From a virus (taxonomy: Duplodnaviria > Caudoviricetes), in IMG/VR virus record IMGVR_UViG_3300025013_000109, positions 1 through 63,777 of that record: a stretch of 63,777 nucleotides of DNA; one strand, 5' to 3'. Position 1 is the stretch's first letter, and every line of letters begins with the position of its first letter. This document shows, in pieces, positions 10,571 to 20,736 of this stretch. Both the position numbers and the translations under genes were made by a program. A model generated the notes under the pieces. The model was not told the origin of the DNA. It was given only the letters and a program-made list of their open reading frames with translations, and made no database searches.

Positions 10571-12054
10571 GGCATGGCCTCCGTTATATTAATGGTTACT
10601 CCTATATTTCCGGTGGGTGCATTGGTTGAATACAATTTCACACTTCCGGCGCTCGAAACGGTTTTCGGCAAAATATCTGCGGCTTTTACAATGGAAATAT
10701 CAGCATTATCAGGGATCACATCTACTATTGAATTGGCGGTAATATTTGCATTGGCAAGGTCGTACTCGTATAATCCGGAAACCAACGACCATGATCCGGA
10801 TGAAAGAGTTATACTGCCTACCTCTATGGGCTGTACTCCCGGAGCGCCATCATCCCCGGGAGGACCAACTAACGATGAAAGTGCAACCAAGTTAATCCAG
10901 TCCGGATCGCCAACATACCTCCATACAATATAACCTCCAGAAGTACTTAATTCAACTTCACGGCCATCGGCAATCGTTATAGAATTTGCGGTTATAGCAG
11001 TTATCCGGCCTTTGGCATCAACGGTAAGCGTGAGCGTATGCGTGGCATCGCCAAACGAGCCTGCTGTAATGATGTTTTTCAGGACTGAAGGTATCGGCGT
11101 TCCTGTTTTTCCTAAAGCAATTACATCGCCGGTAAGTTGTACGGTATCAAAAAAAACAGCAGGGGCCACCCCGGTTTGCAGCTTAATAAGGTCGAGATAA
11201 AAACCTGCGTGGGCAGTAGTTCCCTGAACCCTGCTCCATCTGATTCTTATACTATCAAAAGTGGTATCAGTAAAAGTAAAATCATCTAACATTATTACCG
11301 ATCCCTGCCAATTTGTAGTATCAGCTATTGCCCAGGTAATTGCAACTTCTTGTGATATAGCTACTCCTGCTAACTGAAACCGAATGTAAACTGCATTTTT
11401 TGTTGATGCAACAGCTTTTAGTTTTAAAAAAAGCGATAAAGTTGCGTAGTCAGCAACAGTTAAGGGAACACTATTGGTAAATGTGATCGTATTATTATTT
11501 GCAATTGTTCCTGCATCGGCACATTTAGCTCCATGAAAAGGTAAGGTAGTTGAATTAAAATTAACGGTTACACCTGATGTTGAAGGTGTCCATTCAATGT
11601 TCTCGTCGTAAATCACTTCGTCAGTGATGCCTTCGGGCTCGGTGGCATTGGCCAGTAATAAAACGCTGGTGAGTTCAATCTGGGTGGCCGGATTAACCGA
11701 AGGTTTCTGCGGATTGGCTGAAGGTTCGCCGGTGATCACTTCCACTTCGCCGGTGTTGTTAACCACAATTACATCAATACGCGAATAGGTTGGATCAGCA
11801 TCAGCCAATGTGATGATGCTGGATGGTGAAGTAAATACCTCTCCACCGATGGCATAAACCGTTTGGCTAACGGCATAACTTAAACCATACAGCCAGACAA
11901 CCGTTCCCCCGGAAATAAGCCCGTCCTGTATCAAGGCTTCAGCAGGACTTTTACGATAAAGTGCCCGGATGATCTCCGACAATTGCATATAGGTAACCGG
12001 ATTGCTCTTGCTTACCGCGCGTATTGTTTTCAAAAGTTGCTGAATGGCATCCAT
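10567..12054 (-). CDS. Tail fibre protein with carbohydrate-binding-like domain
   Basis: DPTYSRIDVIV shoulder motif, TLTVDAKGRITA fibre repeat, short collagen segment. Confidence 0.7.
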   Translation of the reverse strand: MDAIQQLLKTIRAVSKSNPVTYMQLSEIIRALYRKSPAEALIQDGLISGGTVVWLYGLSYAVSQTVYAIGGEVFTSPSSIITLADADPTYSRIDVIVVNNTGEVEVITGEPSANPQKPSVNPATQIELTSVLLLANATEPEGITDEVIYDENIEWTPSTSGVTVNFNSTTLPFHGAKCADAGTIANNNTITFTNSVPLTVADYATLSLFLKLKAVASTKNAVYIRFQLAGVAISQEVAITWAIADTTNWQGSVIMLDDFTFTDTTFDSIRIRWSRVQGTTAHAGFYLDLIKLQTGVAPAVFFDTVQLTGDVIALGKTGTPIPSVLKNIITAGSFGDATHTLTLTVDAKGRITAITANSITIADGREVELSTSGGYIVWRYVGDPDWINLVALSSLVGPPGDDGAPGVQPIEVGSITLSSGSWSLVSGLYEYDLANANITANSIVDVIPDNADISIVKAADILPKTVSSAGSVKLYSTNAPTGNIGVTINITEAMP

Positions 12055-12386
12055 TAATTTATTGACTATTTAATTATTTACTATTTACTATTAAAAAAAA
12101 CCTTATTTTCATTTTTTAACCTACTATATAACAAATCGCAATGATCAGTAAATCAAATAATTGCAAACGGTCTATTTTACATGGCATTATTGAACGTGCA
12201 GATTCAAGTTATCTGTATTGAAGTTCGATTCATAAATCGGGAGAACTTAGTAGAAAAATCGACCCTATTTGATTTCAACCTTATTACCTTAATCAATTAG
12301 GCTTCGGCGTGAGCTCAGTCGAACGGTAATAAGGTTGGTTTTTCATTTATCTCCTCTTTCTACTAAGGTTAAACCCCAGCCTTCGG

Positions 12387-13598
12387 TTAAAAATGATTAT
12401 TACGGTGTGCCTCGGTAAATACAAGCTCCAGTTCGTCGTTGATTATCAGGTCGCGCATGGTGTCGGTCAGTTCGAACTCTCCGTTTTCGAGGGTTACCGG
12501 TATGGTTTTGCCGTTCCAAACGAGCCAGATAAACCGGGAATAAATCAGGTCCTGAAGGGCTTCCATTTCGGCCACATTCAGCCGGTTGCCCGGAAAGATG
12601 GACCATTTACGCGCCGCTGTTTTGCTGGTTACAACCGTTGAGCGGTCGCGCGTGGTTGCCGTGCGGTCGAGGATTTGCAGCCCTGTTTCGCCTTCCACAT
12701 TAATACCCATCTTAATGGCGCCGGTCAGCCAGCAATCGTCAATACCGGCCAGCGAATTGGCAAAAAACAGGAAGGTGTTGTTTTCGTAATATGTATGATC
12801 GAAGATGAAGGTACGGGCTTCGCCTACCTGTGTGCCATCGTCAAACTGGTAAACTTTCATCTGTTTGGCATCGGTGGGGATTTCGAGTTTTACAGGATCG
12901 AGTATGAATTCATACAAACCATCCGGATCCAGCGTGATGATTTCGGTGATTACCACTACCTGGTCGTCGGCGTCGGTGTATTCAATTTTGATGACGCGGG
13001 TAACCTGTTCGGTTTCGGGCAGCAAATACCATAACCGCACGGGCTGATTGTACGATATGCGCTGGAAGTCGGGGCGGTGGGTCAGGAACTTATTGCCCTG
13101 GATAAAATCCTGAAAGAAGTTGGTGGCGGCTTCGTTATATTCCGATTGGCGCTGCTGGCTCATCCCTCCTTTCAGGATGCGGATGGCCACGGCTTCTTCA
13201 ACAGCTTGCCAGGCTTCAATTTTTTGCATGTATGTTAAACTCTCCAGATCATTATCAATGTAGCTGGCGCCTGCCAGAATATCAATATCGAAAGCCCGGA
13301 GCGGATGTTTCACCGCAATGGATTCGCCGTATGGATGGGTGAAATTGAAATCGGTTGGCGCATCAAGGTATTCCGAAAAATCGAAGGTTGCCATCCCTTG
13401 ACCTTCGAGAGGAGTAGGCAACGGGAGCCAGGGACGCGAGTCAATGAACGGGCCACCGGCCACTGCCCCGTCGCTACTGGTAGCCTTAAGCAATGCGCGT
13501 GGCGATTCGCCAACGATGGCGTCGTTTATGACTTCTATTTCAACTTTATTGCCTGAGAGTTGAACAGGTCCGCCGTATATGGAGTGATTGACTGCCAT
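12387..13598 (-). CDS. Tail protein (distal tail/hub-like)
   Basis: 403 aa immediately after the tape measure gene; FANSLAGIDDCWLTG pattern. Confidence 0.65.
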   Translation of the reverse strand: MAVNHSIYGGPVQLSGNKVEIEVINDAIVGESPRALLKATSSDGAVAGGPFIDSRPWLPLPTPLEGQGMATFDFSEYLDAPTDFNFTHPYGESIAVKHPLRAFDIDILAGASYIDNDLESLTYMQKIEAWQAVEEAVAIRILKGGMSQQRQSEYNEAATNFFQDFIQGNKFLTHRPDFQRISYNQPVRLWYLLPETEQVTRVIKIEYTDADDQVVVITEIITLDPDGLYEFILDPVKLEIPTDAKQMKVYQFDDGTQVGEARTFIFDHTYYENNTFLFFANSLAGIDDCWLTGAIKMGINVEGETGLQILDRTATTRDRSTVVTSKTAARKWSIFPGNRLNVAEMEALQDLIYSRFIWLVWNGKTIPVTLENGEFELTDTMRDLIINDELELVFTEAHRNNHF

Positions 13599-13772
13599 GA
13601 GAAAATATTTACTATTTATTCATTTACTATTTACGAATATAGCGTAGGGTGCGGGGTCGAGAAAGGACAGAATATTTACGATTTATTTATTTACCATTTA
13701 CTATTATAACCCCAATCGCTCCGATCAGGGCTCCAAATCGTAAATAGTAAATCGTCTAATTGTAAATGGCTG

Positions 13773-16700
13773 TTACTTTTTAAACCCTCTCATTCCAGTT
13801 TGATTAATCAGGTCGGAAACTTCGTCCAACTGCTTTTTAAATGGCACGATCGGGAATTGAACGCCGTTTTTAACCAGAAGGGCAACCGCGCGTGACATGT
13901 TATTGAGAGCGGCGGTGAGCTCGGGGTCACGGGTAGCATATGCCGATGGAGATATTGGAGTAGTAGGGCTTCCAGTTGGTATAATTTCGCTTGCAAAACC
14001 TCCGCTTTGTCTTCCATTTGGCAACGAACCCGTTGCAGCCAGTACAGTAGGTAAATTAAGCTGTGCAATGGTGCCGTTTTTTTGTGCCAGGTTAATAATA
14101 TCAAGAATTGGTTTTACCGTTGGATTTCGCACTGCCGGGGCTGAAGCGATAAATTCTTTTTTATGGTACACACCATCAACCTCATTTTCGGCGCCATCAA
14201 AATTGGCATAACCACCAGACTGTTTGCCATTCACAAAATTGCCAACAGTTTGTGCAACGATAAGACCAGTCTGTAACCCTGCAAATACATTATTTGCGCC
14301 AATTGGGGCAGCTGCCCAAGCCGCGGCCGCAGCAGGAGCCGCTGGGCCAAGTGCGGCAAATTCAACAAGTGCAGTGCCGTAAATGGCTGCATTTGTTGCC
14401 GCTGTTTTTACCCAAATATCAGCAATGGCCAGAGCCTGAGAAAACAAAAACAAAGCTTTACCTAATGCCGATTCCTGTCCAAATATGTTTCCAAGCGCTG
14501 CCACATATGACTGACCAATTTCTATTTTTCTTGAAACCATACCAAAATAGGCTTCGGTCTCATTCTTTTTTAATTCATCAATACGGTTATTATACCGTTC
14601 TTCAGCAGCTATTAACTGTTGCTGATTATCGCCTGCCAGTTTTTTCTCATATTCGTACTGTTGTTCGAGCAGCGATTTCCGGTTGTCGAAATATTGCTGT
14701 AATGTGTCAATGCTTACAAATGGAATAGAAGTATCGTTCTGAGATACCGAATTGAATTTATCGGCAATTTTTTGTTTTTTTCTTATTTCATCTGCCTTAT
14801 CCAGATCCGCCATCTTCTTCAGATGCGCCTTCTGTTTCTCCTCAATAGTCAAGTTAATCGTATCATTCAGCGCTGCTTCTTTAGCGTTAAGATCCTCTTT
14901 TTTGTTTAACTGCTTCCAAAGTCCATCTAACTCTTCCGTCCACCGTTGTTCCTCCAGCGCTTTTTCTTTTTCAATGCCATCCTTCAAATTTTCAATACCT
15001 GCAGAAGCTAATTCGTTTTGGGCTTTCAGAAGTAATTCATTTACGGTTTTCCCTTGTAATTCGTCAAGGTCGGATATTGCTTGCCGTTGATTTTTTGCAT
15101 TTTCAGCAACCATCGCACGCTCCATGTCAGTAATGATTTGGTTTTTCATTTGCTTTTTCATTAGCATCTTTTCATCCATCATTACAGCCATTCCATAACT
15201 ATCTTTCTTTATTTTCAAAATAGCTTCTTGAAGTTCTAATTCTGTTTGCCCTGTTATTTTTGCATTTTCTTTTGCCGCGTTGATTTGAGCATCCATAACA
15301 ATTTTCATGCTCTCTCCCATTTCATCAAAGGAAAGTGAATCTTTAATATTGGCTATAAGTGTAGTAATATCTCGTGCCTGAGTTTCTAAGTCAGCCATTT
15401 GTTTTTCATCAGCAATTTTGAAAGTCCCTTCATCACCTTTTACGATTAATTTTTCCCGCTCTTTCCCTATGTCTTGTAATTTTTTTTCAAGTTGAGCTAA
15501 ATACGATAGTTCTTTATCATCTGCCTTTTCGCCTTTTGAGGTACCCAGTTCATTAAGGGCGTTTATTTCCTTCTGTATGGCTTCTACCTTTTGATTGCGG
15601 GCGGCAACTTCGGCGGGAGTAGTGGCGATCATTTCTTTGGCATCGGCCAATTCTTTTTCTTTTAGCTTGATTAAATCCTGGGCTGGTTTATCTTCGCCAT
15701 TTACGGGTTTTGATCCTGGAGTAATACTACCAGCGATATTACTCCCGCTATCCATCTGTTCAGTAAGCTTCTTTTTAGTCAACATCAAAGCTTTTGTCTT
15801 TTCATTGATGTTGGAAAGGGCCGTATTTACCGACTTTCCGGCATAAACGGCTGCATTTCCGGCAGAAGTGGCCATGTTCCAGGTATCTTGCCAGAATGAT
15901 GTTTCAGCGCCTTTCCCATTTTGTAGATCAATCAACTCTTTTTCGATGTCAACCAATTTCTGAAATCCTGCCTGTGCTTTGGCTTTCTTTTTAATTGACT
16001 CGATGTATTTTTTAGTCGCATCATCTGCCTCCTTAGTCTTAATCGTTTCAAGTGTCAGATTTCCATAATATTCAGGCGATATTTCGTTGAGATCCTTGAT
16101 TGCTTTTAACCTGGTTTCTTTTGATAATTTTTCATTCTTGGCAATTTTAAGCAATTGTTCAACCTTTACTTTTTCTTCAACCATTGCTTTTTGTGCCTCA
16201 ATGTTTACCTCGTTGACTGCTTTTTGTGCCTGCTGAGCAGCTGTAAGCCCACGCGAATACATGGCCAGTGCAACAACTGCAGCAGCAAGTATTCCAACCA
16301 GCAACCCGATTGGATTCATTTTTGTTTCGATATTGAAAAGGCGCATGGCGGCTGTAGCCCTGGTCGTATTTCCGGTCATCAGCGCCTGAGCTGCTGCGGA
16401 TAATAATAGCGCTCCGCGTTCAACTCCATGCCAAAATACTTTCAGCTTTGTAAGTGCAAGTCCAATGCCTTTTTCGGCATTGCTACGGGTTTGCCACAAC
16501 GTGGCCAGTTTTATAGCAACGGTATATCCAACGATTGCAGCAGTGCTTGTAAAAATCAATCCACTATATTTTATAAATACATCGACCAGATAGGATAATA
16601 CAGCCAGTGACTTCCCAAAATAACCGGTAACCAAAGTCATGGCAGGTGAAAGTTTTTCGCCCAGGGCAATGCTGATGACATTGATCCGGTTTTTGGCCTG

Positions 16701-17993
16701 TGCCAGCTTCGCATTATTATTGTCGGTATTGATAGCAGCCTGTTCGATAGCGACATTCGTGCCGGTCATTGCTTTTTCATACCGTTTCAGTTCTTCTATA
16801 TTGGTCAAAAGAATTTGGATGGTGGCAATGTTTTCTGTTCCGAATTTTTTAGTGAGTTCAGTAACTGACAGATTTTTCTTCCCCAGGTTTTCCAAAGCAG
16901 TTGATAGACCAACAATAGCAGGGTTGGTATCATCGGCTCCGGTTTGCATGTCGATTAACACACCTTTTAACGAACGCCCTGCAATTTCAGGCTGTGTAAT
17001 TCGTGGTGCCAGGGTTTCAATTGTCGCCCCAAGGGTTTCGATGCTGATTCCTGCCAGGGAAGCAACTGTTCCGGCTTTTTCAAATGCTGTAGTCAGATAA
17101 GGTATTTCTCCTGCGCCTTCTTTTGAACCTGCAGCCAATACATTAATGATTCGCCTGGCTTCGCTTGCCGGAACATTGTATTGGTTCATGACCATTGTTA
17201 ATGCTTCAATGGCCGGATAGAGTTCGGTTTTGGCAGCGTTAGCCAGTATAATGGCTTCCTGAGTCGTTTCTGCCAGAGCTTCTTTATTTTTGAGTAATTC
17301 AGGCCGGGCAGAACCGGTTTTGGTAAAAGCGTCAACAATATCCTGAGCGCTTTGCTTTACACGTATATTGCCTTCGAGTGTTGATGTGGAAAGGTCTTTT
17401 GCTTTCTGGCTTAACCAGTCGAGATCTTCACCTGCGAGTCCGGTTAGGGCTGATAAGTTATCGACTCGTTCTTCGTAGTCGTTAAACGATTGAACGACTT
17501 GTTTCATTCCCAAAACCAGACCTGCCAATGATGCCGCTCCTGCAGTAATAACGCTGAAATATTTATTGGCTCCATTGGCCATTCGGCTCCAAAGCGGCTC
17601 ATGTACTTTTTGTTCATTGCTAAGTTCTCCCAGTTTAGTTTTAAGGGCAACTACTTTTTGCTGCTGGGCCTGATAACCCGGATCGGTCTGCTGCATTTTC
17701 TTCAGGTCGTTGGTTGCTTTTCGAACTGCCTGTGACAATTCGTTAAAGCTGGCGCCATTGATATTTTTCAATACCCGGTCAACATCGAAGGCTTCTTTCT
17801 TCAGGTTTCGGATCTCGGTTGTTGTAGCCTTAAGCTGTTGTTGAAATCGTTTTTCCTTTTGAGGATCACCGGCCGCAGCGGCCTCCATCATTGCATCGCG
17901 GAATTTCTTTGCTTTGTTGGTAAGGTTCTCCAGTTCCTGCTCGGCCTGTTTGCCATCGAGTATTACTTTTGGGCGGGCTACTTCGTTCTTCAT
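13773..17993 (-). CDS. Tail tape measure protein
   Basis: 1406 aa, long helical/coiled-coil, TP901-type core (INVLAAGSKEG, AGRSLKGVL), hydrophobic mid-segment. Confidence 0.92.
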   Translation of the reverse strand: MKNEVARPKVILDGKQAEQELENLTNKAKKFRDAMMEAAAAGDPQKEKRFQQQLKATTTEIRNLKKEAFDVDRVLKNINGASFNELSQAVRKATNDLKKMQQTDPGYQAQQQKVVALKTKLGELSNEQKVHEPLWSRMANGANKYFSVITAGAASLAGLVLGMKQVVQSFNDYEERVDNLSALTGLAGEDLDWLSQKAKDLSTSTLEGNIRVKQSAQDIVDAFTKTGSARPELLKNKEALAETTQEAIILANAAKTELYPAIEALTMVMNQYNVPASEARRIINVLAAGSKEGAGEIPYLTTAFEKAGTVASLAGISIETLGATIETLAPRITQPEIAGRSLKGVLIDMQTGADDTNPAIVGLSTALENLGKKNLSVTELTKKFGTENIATIQILLTNIEELKRYEKAMTGTNVAIEQAAINTDNNNAKLAQAKNRINVISIALGEKLSPAMTLVTGYFGKSLAVLSYLVDVFIKYSGLIFTSTAAIVGYTVAIKLATLWQTRSNAEKGIGLALTKLKVFWHGVERGALLLSAAAQALMTGNTTRATAAMRLFNIETKMNPIGLLVGILAAAVVALAMYSRGLTAAQQAQKAVNEVNIEAQKAMVEEKVKVEQLLKIAKNEKLSKETRLKAIKDLNEISPEYYGNLTLETIKTKEADDATKKYIESIKKKAKAQAGFQKLVDIEKELIDLQNGKGAETSFWQDTWNMATSAGNAAVYAGKSVNTALSNINEKTKALMLTKKKLTEQMDSGSNIAGSITPGSKPVNGEDKPAQDLIKLKEKELADAKEMIATTPAEVAARNQKVEAIQKEINALNELGTSKGEKADDKELSYLAQLEKKLQDIGKEREKLIVKGDEGTFKIADEKQMADLETQARDITTLIANIKDSLSFDEMGESMKIVMDAQINAAKENAKITGQTELELQEAILKIKKDSYGMAVMMDEKMLMKKQMKNQIITDMERAMVAENAKNQRQAISDLDELQGKTVNELLLKAQNELASAGIENLKDGIEKEKALEEQRWTEELDGLWKQLNKKEDLNAKEAALNDTINLTIEEKQKAHLKKMADLDKADEIRKKQKIADKFNSVSQNDTSIPFVSIDTLQQYFDNRKSLLEQQYEYEKKLAGDNQQQLIAAEERYNNRIDELKKNETEAYFGMVSRKIEIGQSYVAALGNIFGQESALGKALFLFSQALAIADIWVKTAATNAAIYGTALVEFAALGPAAPAAAAAWAAAPIGANNVFAGLQTGLIVAQTVGNFVNGKQSGGYANFDGAENEVDGVYHKKEFIASAPAVRNPTVKPILDIINLAQKNGTIAQLNLPTVLAATGSLPNGRQSGGFASEIIPTGSPTTPISPSAYATRDPELTAALNNMSRAVALLVKNGVQFPIVPFKKQLDEVSDLINQTGMRGFKK

Positions 17994-18099
17994 AACTTCC
18001 TGAGTTTAAAGTTTCAAGTTTCAGGTTCCAAGTTAGGGCTGGATGGAGGCGAAATAAAGGACATCTTAGATGTGCTGCGCTGCTCAGGTACCGCAAAAG

Positions 18100-18128
18100 A
18101 AAAACCCGCTGAGTGAGCGGGTTTTTTT
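18100..18128. terminator. Bidirectional intrinsic terminator
   Basis: aaaaacccgct-gagtg-agcgggtttttt. Confidence 0.8.
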
Positions 18129-18242
18129 GTTATATGATGCCGAGTAAATATAGTACGGATGATAAAAGAATGAGGATAAGCCCAGGAATAAGGTAGGGTT
18201 TAATACGGTAACGCCAGATTTGTTTTGAGAGGTTGGACATGG

Positions 18243-18791
18243 TTACCAGTTATCAGTTGATTTCATTTTAATTTTTAAGGATTCAATTGTTTTTTGAAAT
18301 TCCAGGTTTGATCCTTCATAAATAGCAGCATTAAATGCCGCTGTTTTTTTTAACAGCTTATCTGACGGATTATTCATACCTGCATCTTTCATAACTTGCC
18401 TGGCGCCTTCAATCGTTGAAGCATTCTTATATTCATCAATGGAATGTGGTCCGCCACTATCAATGAAAATAGAGCCAATTTCATATTTATATGTTGAGTC
18501 TTTAACTGACACCTTTATTGTAAACTCCAGAGATAATTTAATTGGCAAAGTCATTAATGCTGAATTATATGGAAGTACAATAATTAATGATCCTTTTCCA
18601 ATCAATTTTCCTGATATAGGATCATCCATTTGCAATACATTATTTGCAGATTTGAATGATTCTGCAAACCATTCACGGCCGGAAACGTAAAGCTGATTCT
18701 TGTTTTTACCTGGTACTTTTATCACTTCGGAATAATTCTGTGCGAAGGAAATGAATGGGATTAAAAGGATGAATAATAAAAGTTTTTTCAT
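18243..18791 (-). CDS. Secreted protein, DUF4468-like (moron)
   Basis: Signal peptide; WFAESFKSANNVLQMDD..GKLIGKG pattern; AT-rich. Confidence 0.65.
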   Translation of the reverse strand: MKKLLLFILLIPFISFAQNYSEVIKVPGKNKNQLYVSGREWFAESFKSANNVLQMDDPISGKLIGKGSLIIVLPYNSALMTLPIKLSLEFTIKVSVKDSTYKYEIGSIFIDSGGPHSIDEYKNASTIEGARQVMKDAGMNNPSDKLLKKTAAFNAAIYEGSNLEFQKTIESLKIKMKSTDNW

Positions 18792-18796
18792 GGTTA

Positions 18797-19678
18797 TTAG
18801 AGTAAATCAATGAAATAAAGCAAAGGTATAATTTTAATACTAGCCTTGCCAGAAGAGTTTAAGGCATCTATTTTTGTTAGTTTCGCTGGCCCTACTCCAA
18901 TTCCAGCGATTAAAAAATCAAGATTAGAACTTATATCTTCTTTGATAATTCCACCTTTTGCAATAATTGCTTTTTTAATTTTATCTCTTGAAAATGATTC
19001 AATGGAATCTCCTGAAATAATAAAGGATTTATCTTTAAAATCAATAGTCTTCAGTTCTGCATAAGTTATCTGATATTTTTCTTCAGCATCTTCAATGCTA
19101 TTATTATAAACATCTGATTTTATAAATGAAATAGGAAAAGCATCTTTCAGATATTTGTTGATTTTGAATTTTGGGCTTTTTGAAAGCTCTAAAAATAACT
19201 TTCCTAATGCAACTGCATCTTCATCCGATTTGTGGTTATCTGAATATGGAATGTTGTAAAGATTGCATAACTCCTTCATCCCAAATTTATTAACGTCTAC
19301 CTTTAAATTTTTAGCAATTTCAAGCGTTGAAATATATTTAAAATCAACCTGATCAAGTTCATACAATTCAATACACTTGCGAATTACAGAAATATCAGTT
19401 GCTGTTTGATGAACGATAACAATATTCTCTCTGACCAGTGATTTAAGAACTTTATTCCACAGTTCAATAAAATCGGGCGCATGTTTAACCTTTTCGTAGG
19501 TTAGTCCGTGTTTTCCTATACTTATTTGATTAAAGATTGTTGTCCTTGGATTTATCAGAGAAAAGAAAGTCTGATCAAAATTCAATTCGTTGTTTTCGAT
19601 TTTTACAATGCCTACAGAAATCGGAGTGGTTCTTTGTTCACTTGCAGTTTCAAAGTCAATGGCGATAAAATTATTCAT
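18797..19678 (-). CDS. DEDDh 3'-5' exonuclease (DnaQ-like) with C-terminal BRCT domain (moron)
   Basis: IAIDFETA, HKSDEDA motifs; C-terminal FSRDKIKKAIIAKGG..LDFLIAG..GPAKL BRCT pattern. Confidence 0.85.
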   Translation of the reverse strand: MNNFIAIDFETASEQRTTPISVGIVKIENNELNFDQTFFSLINPRTTIFNQISIGKHGLTYEKVKHAPDFIELWNKVLKSLVRENIVIVHQTATDISVIRKCIELYELDQVDFKYISTLEIAKNLKVDVNKFGMKELCNLYNIPYSDNHKSDEDAVALGKLFLELSKSPKFKINKYLKDAFPISFIKSDVYNNSIEDAEEKYQITYAELKTIDFKDKSFIISGDSIESFSRDKIKKAIIAKGGIIKEDISSNLDFLIAGIGVGPAKLTKIDALNSSGKASIKIIPLLYFIDLL

Positions 19679-19727
19679 TGGTTGATTTTTGGTTTACCCA
19701 TACAAGTTATAACAATTTGATGGAATA

Positions 19728-19762
19728 AAAAAACCCTCCGGCATTTTTACCGAAGGGTTTAC
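19728..19762. terminator. Intrinsic terminator ending the DGR1 operon
   Basis: aaaaaaccctccgg-catttta-ccgaagggttt. Confidence 0.65.
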
Positions 19763-19797
19763 TTTTTTTCTTTTTCCCTTTTTCCAACGCCTCTTTT

Positions 19798-20115
19798 CTA
19801 TTTAAACACGTACCCGTGCTCGTTTACGATGGTTGCTTTAAAGGGCAGGTCTTCGGGTTTTACCTGGCTGATCTGGTCGATCAGGTACATGTAGCTGCCC
19901 CAGAGTACGCGTTTTTGTCCACCAACTTCAATTTGAAGGTACAGGCACTCTTTTCGCTCGCCTTTCCAGTTAGGGTCGTTTTCTTTGCTTAGTTTGCTGG
20001 CGCGTACTTCGTAATCGAGTACAATAATTTCGGCGCCTTCAATCTTTTCAATCTTGATTTTATCGCCAACAAACCTCCTGTTTGTGGTTACCCCAAGTTC
20101 GCTGAATGACTTCAT
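19798..20115 (-). CDS. DGR-linked ~100-aa protein, homolog of 60060..60365
   Basis: Shares F.GDKIK..KI...EI.V, CL.LQI and PF..TIV motifs with 60060..60365; downstream of RT1. Confidence 0.8.
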   Translation of the reverse strand: MKSFSELGVTTNRRFVGDKIKIEKIEGAEIIVLDYEVRASKLSKENDPNWKGERKECLYLQIEVGGQKRVLWGSYMYLIDQISQVKPEDLPFKATIVNEHGYVFK

Positions 20116-20124
20116 GCAAAGCCA

Positions 20125-20736
20125 TTAAAACAAAAAGGGCTGAAACTGGGCTTCGATGGCTGCAACGTCTTCGGCACGAATTCTGAATCTTTGTGCTACT
20201 TTTAAATCAGAAAACGAATTGATTGCCGTAACTGTTGTTTCGCGTACCTGGTTGGTATAAGCAATAAGGCCTTCCAACTGTGCATTTCCGGAGCCGTTAA
20301 TTAACCTTGCTCTTGTTGCCAATAACGTGAATTTGTTGATCGTAACCGAAAACTCTTTCAGCAGCTTGGCTTTTACCTGGTCGAGCGTTAGGCTTATATC
20401 TTCTCCAACACCTTCGCTGGCACACTTTGCTTTAATGGCTTCAACAAAATTGTTGAAGGCAATAAACTCGGCATTGGTGGCATCTACAATGCCTTTACGC
20501 AGTGCGGCTGTGTCTTCGCCATCGGGGTAATTGGCCTGTATTACCGCATTGATGATACGGGCACGGGTTGCAGGGTTGGTTACACGGTACTGCTCGGCGG
20601 TAATAATCACATTGCGGGGCTGGCCCGTTTGCTCGTCGGTTACTACTTCGGCGCGACGGTCGAAATTGACGTACGAATGACCGGTTTTTAGGTCTTCGAT
20701 AAATACGTCGGCGTTAATTTGTACGTTTTTTTGCAT
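20125..20736 (-). CDS. Hypothetical protein within the DGR1 operon
   Basis: 203 aa ORF overlapping the RT1 stop. Confidence 0.7.
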   Translation of the reverse strand: MQKNVQINADVFIEDLKTGHSYVNFDRRAEVVTDEQTGQPRNVIITAEQYRVTNPATRARIINAVIQANYPDGEDTAALRKGIVDATNAEFIAFNNFVEAIKAKCASEGVGEDISLTLDQVKAKLLKEFSVTINKFTLLATRARLINGSGNAQLEGLIAYTNQVRETTVTAINSFSDLKVAQRFRIRAEDVAAIEAQFQPFLF

